A stretch of 63,621 nt of DNA, filler included, from Lenisia limosa (lineage: Eukaryota > Protista > Breviatea): NCBI GenBank assembly GCA_001655205.1. It is 10 parts of 10 records of this genome, joined end to end, with 100 filler letters (N's around TTAATTAATTAA, not from the genome) between each part and the next. Parts side by side here need not be neighbours in the genome. Positions count along the whole stretch, not along the records: positions 62,150 to 63,621 come from LPNZ01005298.1; 9 more parts are not named here. The stretch is one strand, 5' to 3'. Numbering within the stretch: position 1 is the first letter of the stretch; each line of letters begins with the position of its first letter. The position numbers were made by a program, and so were the translations under genes. Below the pieces are notes generated by a model that was not told the DNA's origin, ran no database searches, and saw nothing but the letters and a program-made list of their open reading frames with translations. Below are positions 63,459-63,621 of the stretch, one piece after another.

Positions 63459-63556
63459 TGGGGTTTCACTTCTGTTCGAAAACAGACTGAATATCTCGAT
63501 ACCCTTGAAATCTATCGATATTTTACCAGTAAATTTGTGACCGACTTGAAGCCCCA
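63459..63556. mobile_element. MITE (family 1), full length
   Basis: TGGGGTTTCACTTCTGTTCG...GACCGACTTGAAGCCCCA; perfect 8-bp TSD ATTATCAG at 63451-63458 and 63557-63564. Confidence 0.92.
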
Positions 63557-63621
63557 ATTATCAGTAGTTCACAATATGGGTTACTATACCGGATAACACC
63601 AATCTAGATATCATAAACTAT

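Overview
Eukaryotic draft-assembly sequence, intron-rich and moderately AT-rich, from a unicellular organism (talin, EYA and Entamoeba-like GTTTG splice donors suggest an amoebozoan or unicellular opisthokont; this is inference). The window is not contiguous. Nine artificial 100-bp spacers (N44-TTAATTAATTAA-N44) join 10 contigs: 1-11357, 11458-20104, 20205-33513, 33614-35594, 35695-38420, 38521-40561, 40662-58519, 58620-60434, 60535-62049, 62150-63621. Genes recognised by manual splicing: an Eyes-absent (EYA) HAD phosphatase with an unusual C-terminal tail, a DUSP22-like phosphatase, ubiquitin (partial), GPI mannosyltransferase PIG-Z/Smp3, a possible Spt20, a MARCH6/Doa10 RINGv ligase, the talin C-terminal rod, an RCC1-repeat protein, a >16-kb sacsin-like gene, and several unassigned genes. 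Highlights: (1) an open, roughly 10-intron P-element/THAP9-like DDE transposase gene at 33680-35510; (2) a dense family of 60-145-bp MITEs with TAGGGCTTCACTTCGG terminal inverted repeats and verifiable 8-bp target-site duplications; (3) a second 110-140-bp dispersed repeat ending in TTTTAC(n); (4) a sacsin-like protein with three GHKL-ATPase repeats plus a possible degenerate fourth, all three lacking the canonical G2-box Phe; (5) bimodal introns, with a 27-35-nt class and long introns often carrying G-tracts at the 5' end and C-tracts at the 3' end. All homology calls come from motif recognition by eye, not database searches. Exon models are manual and gene ends are approximate.
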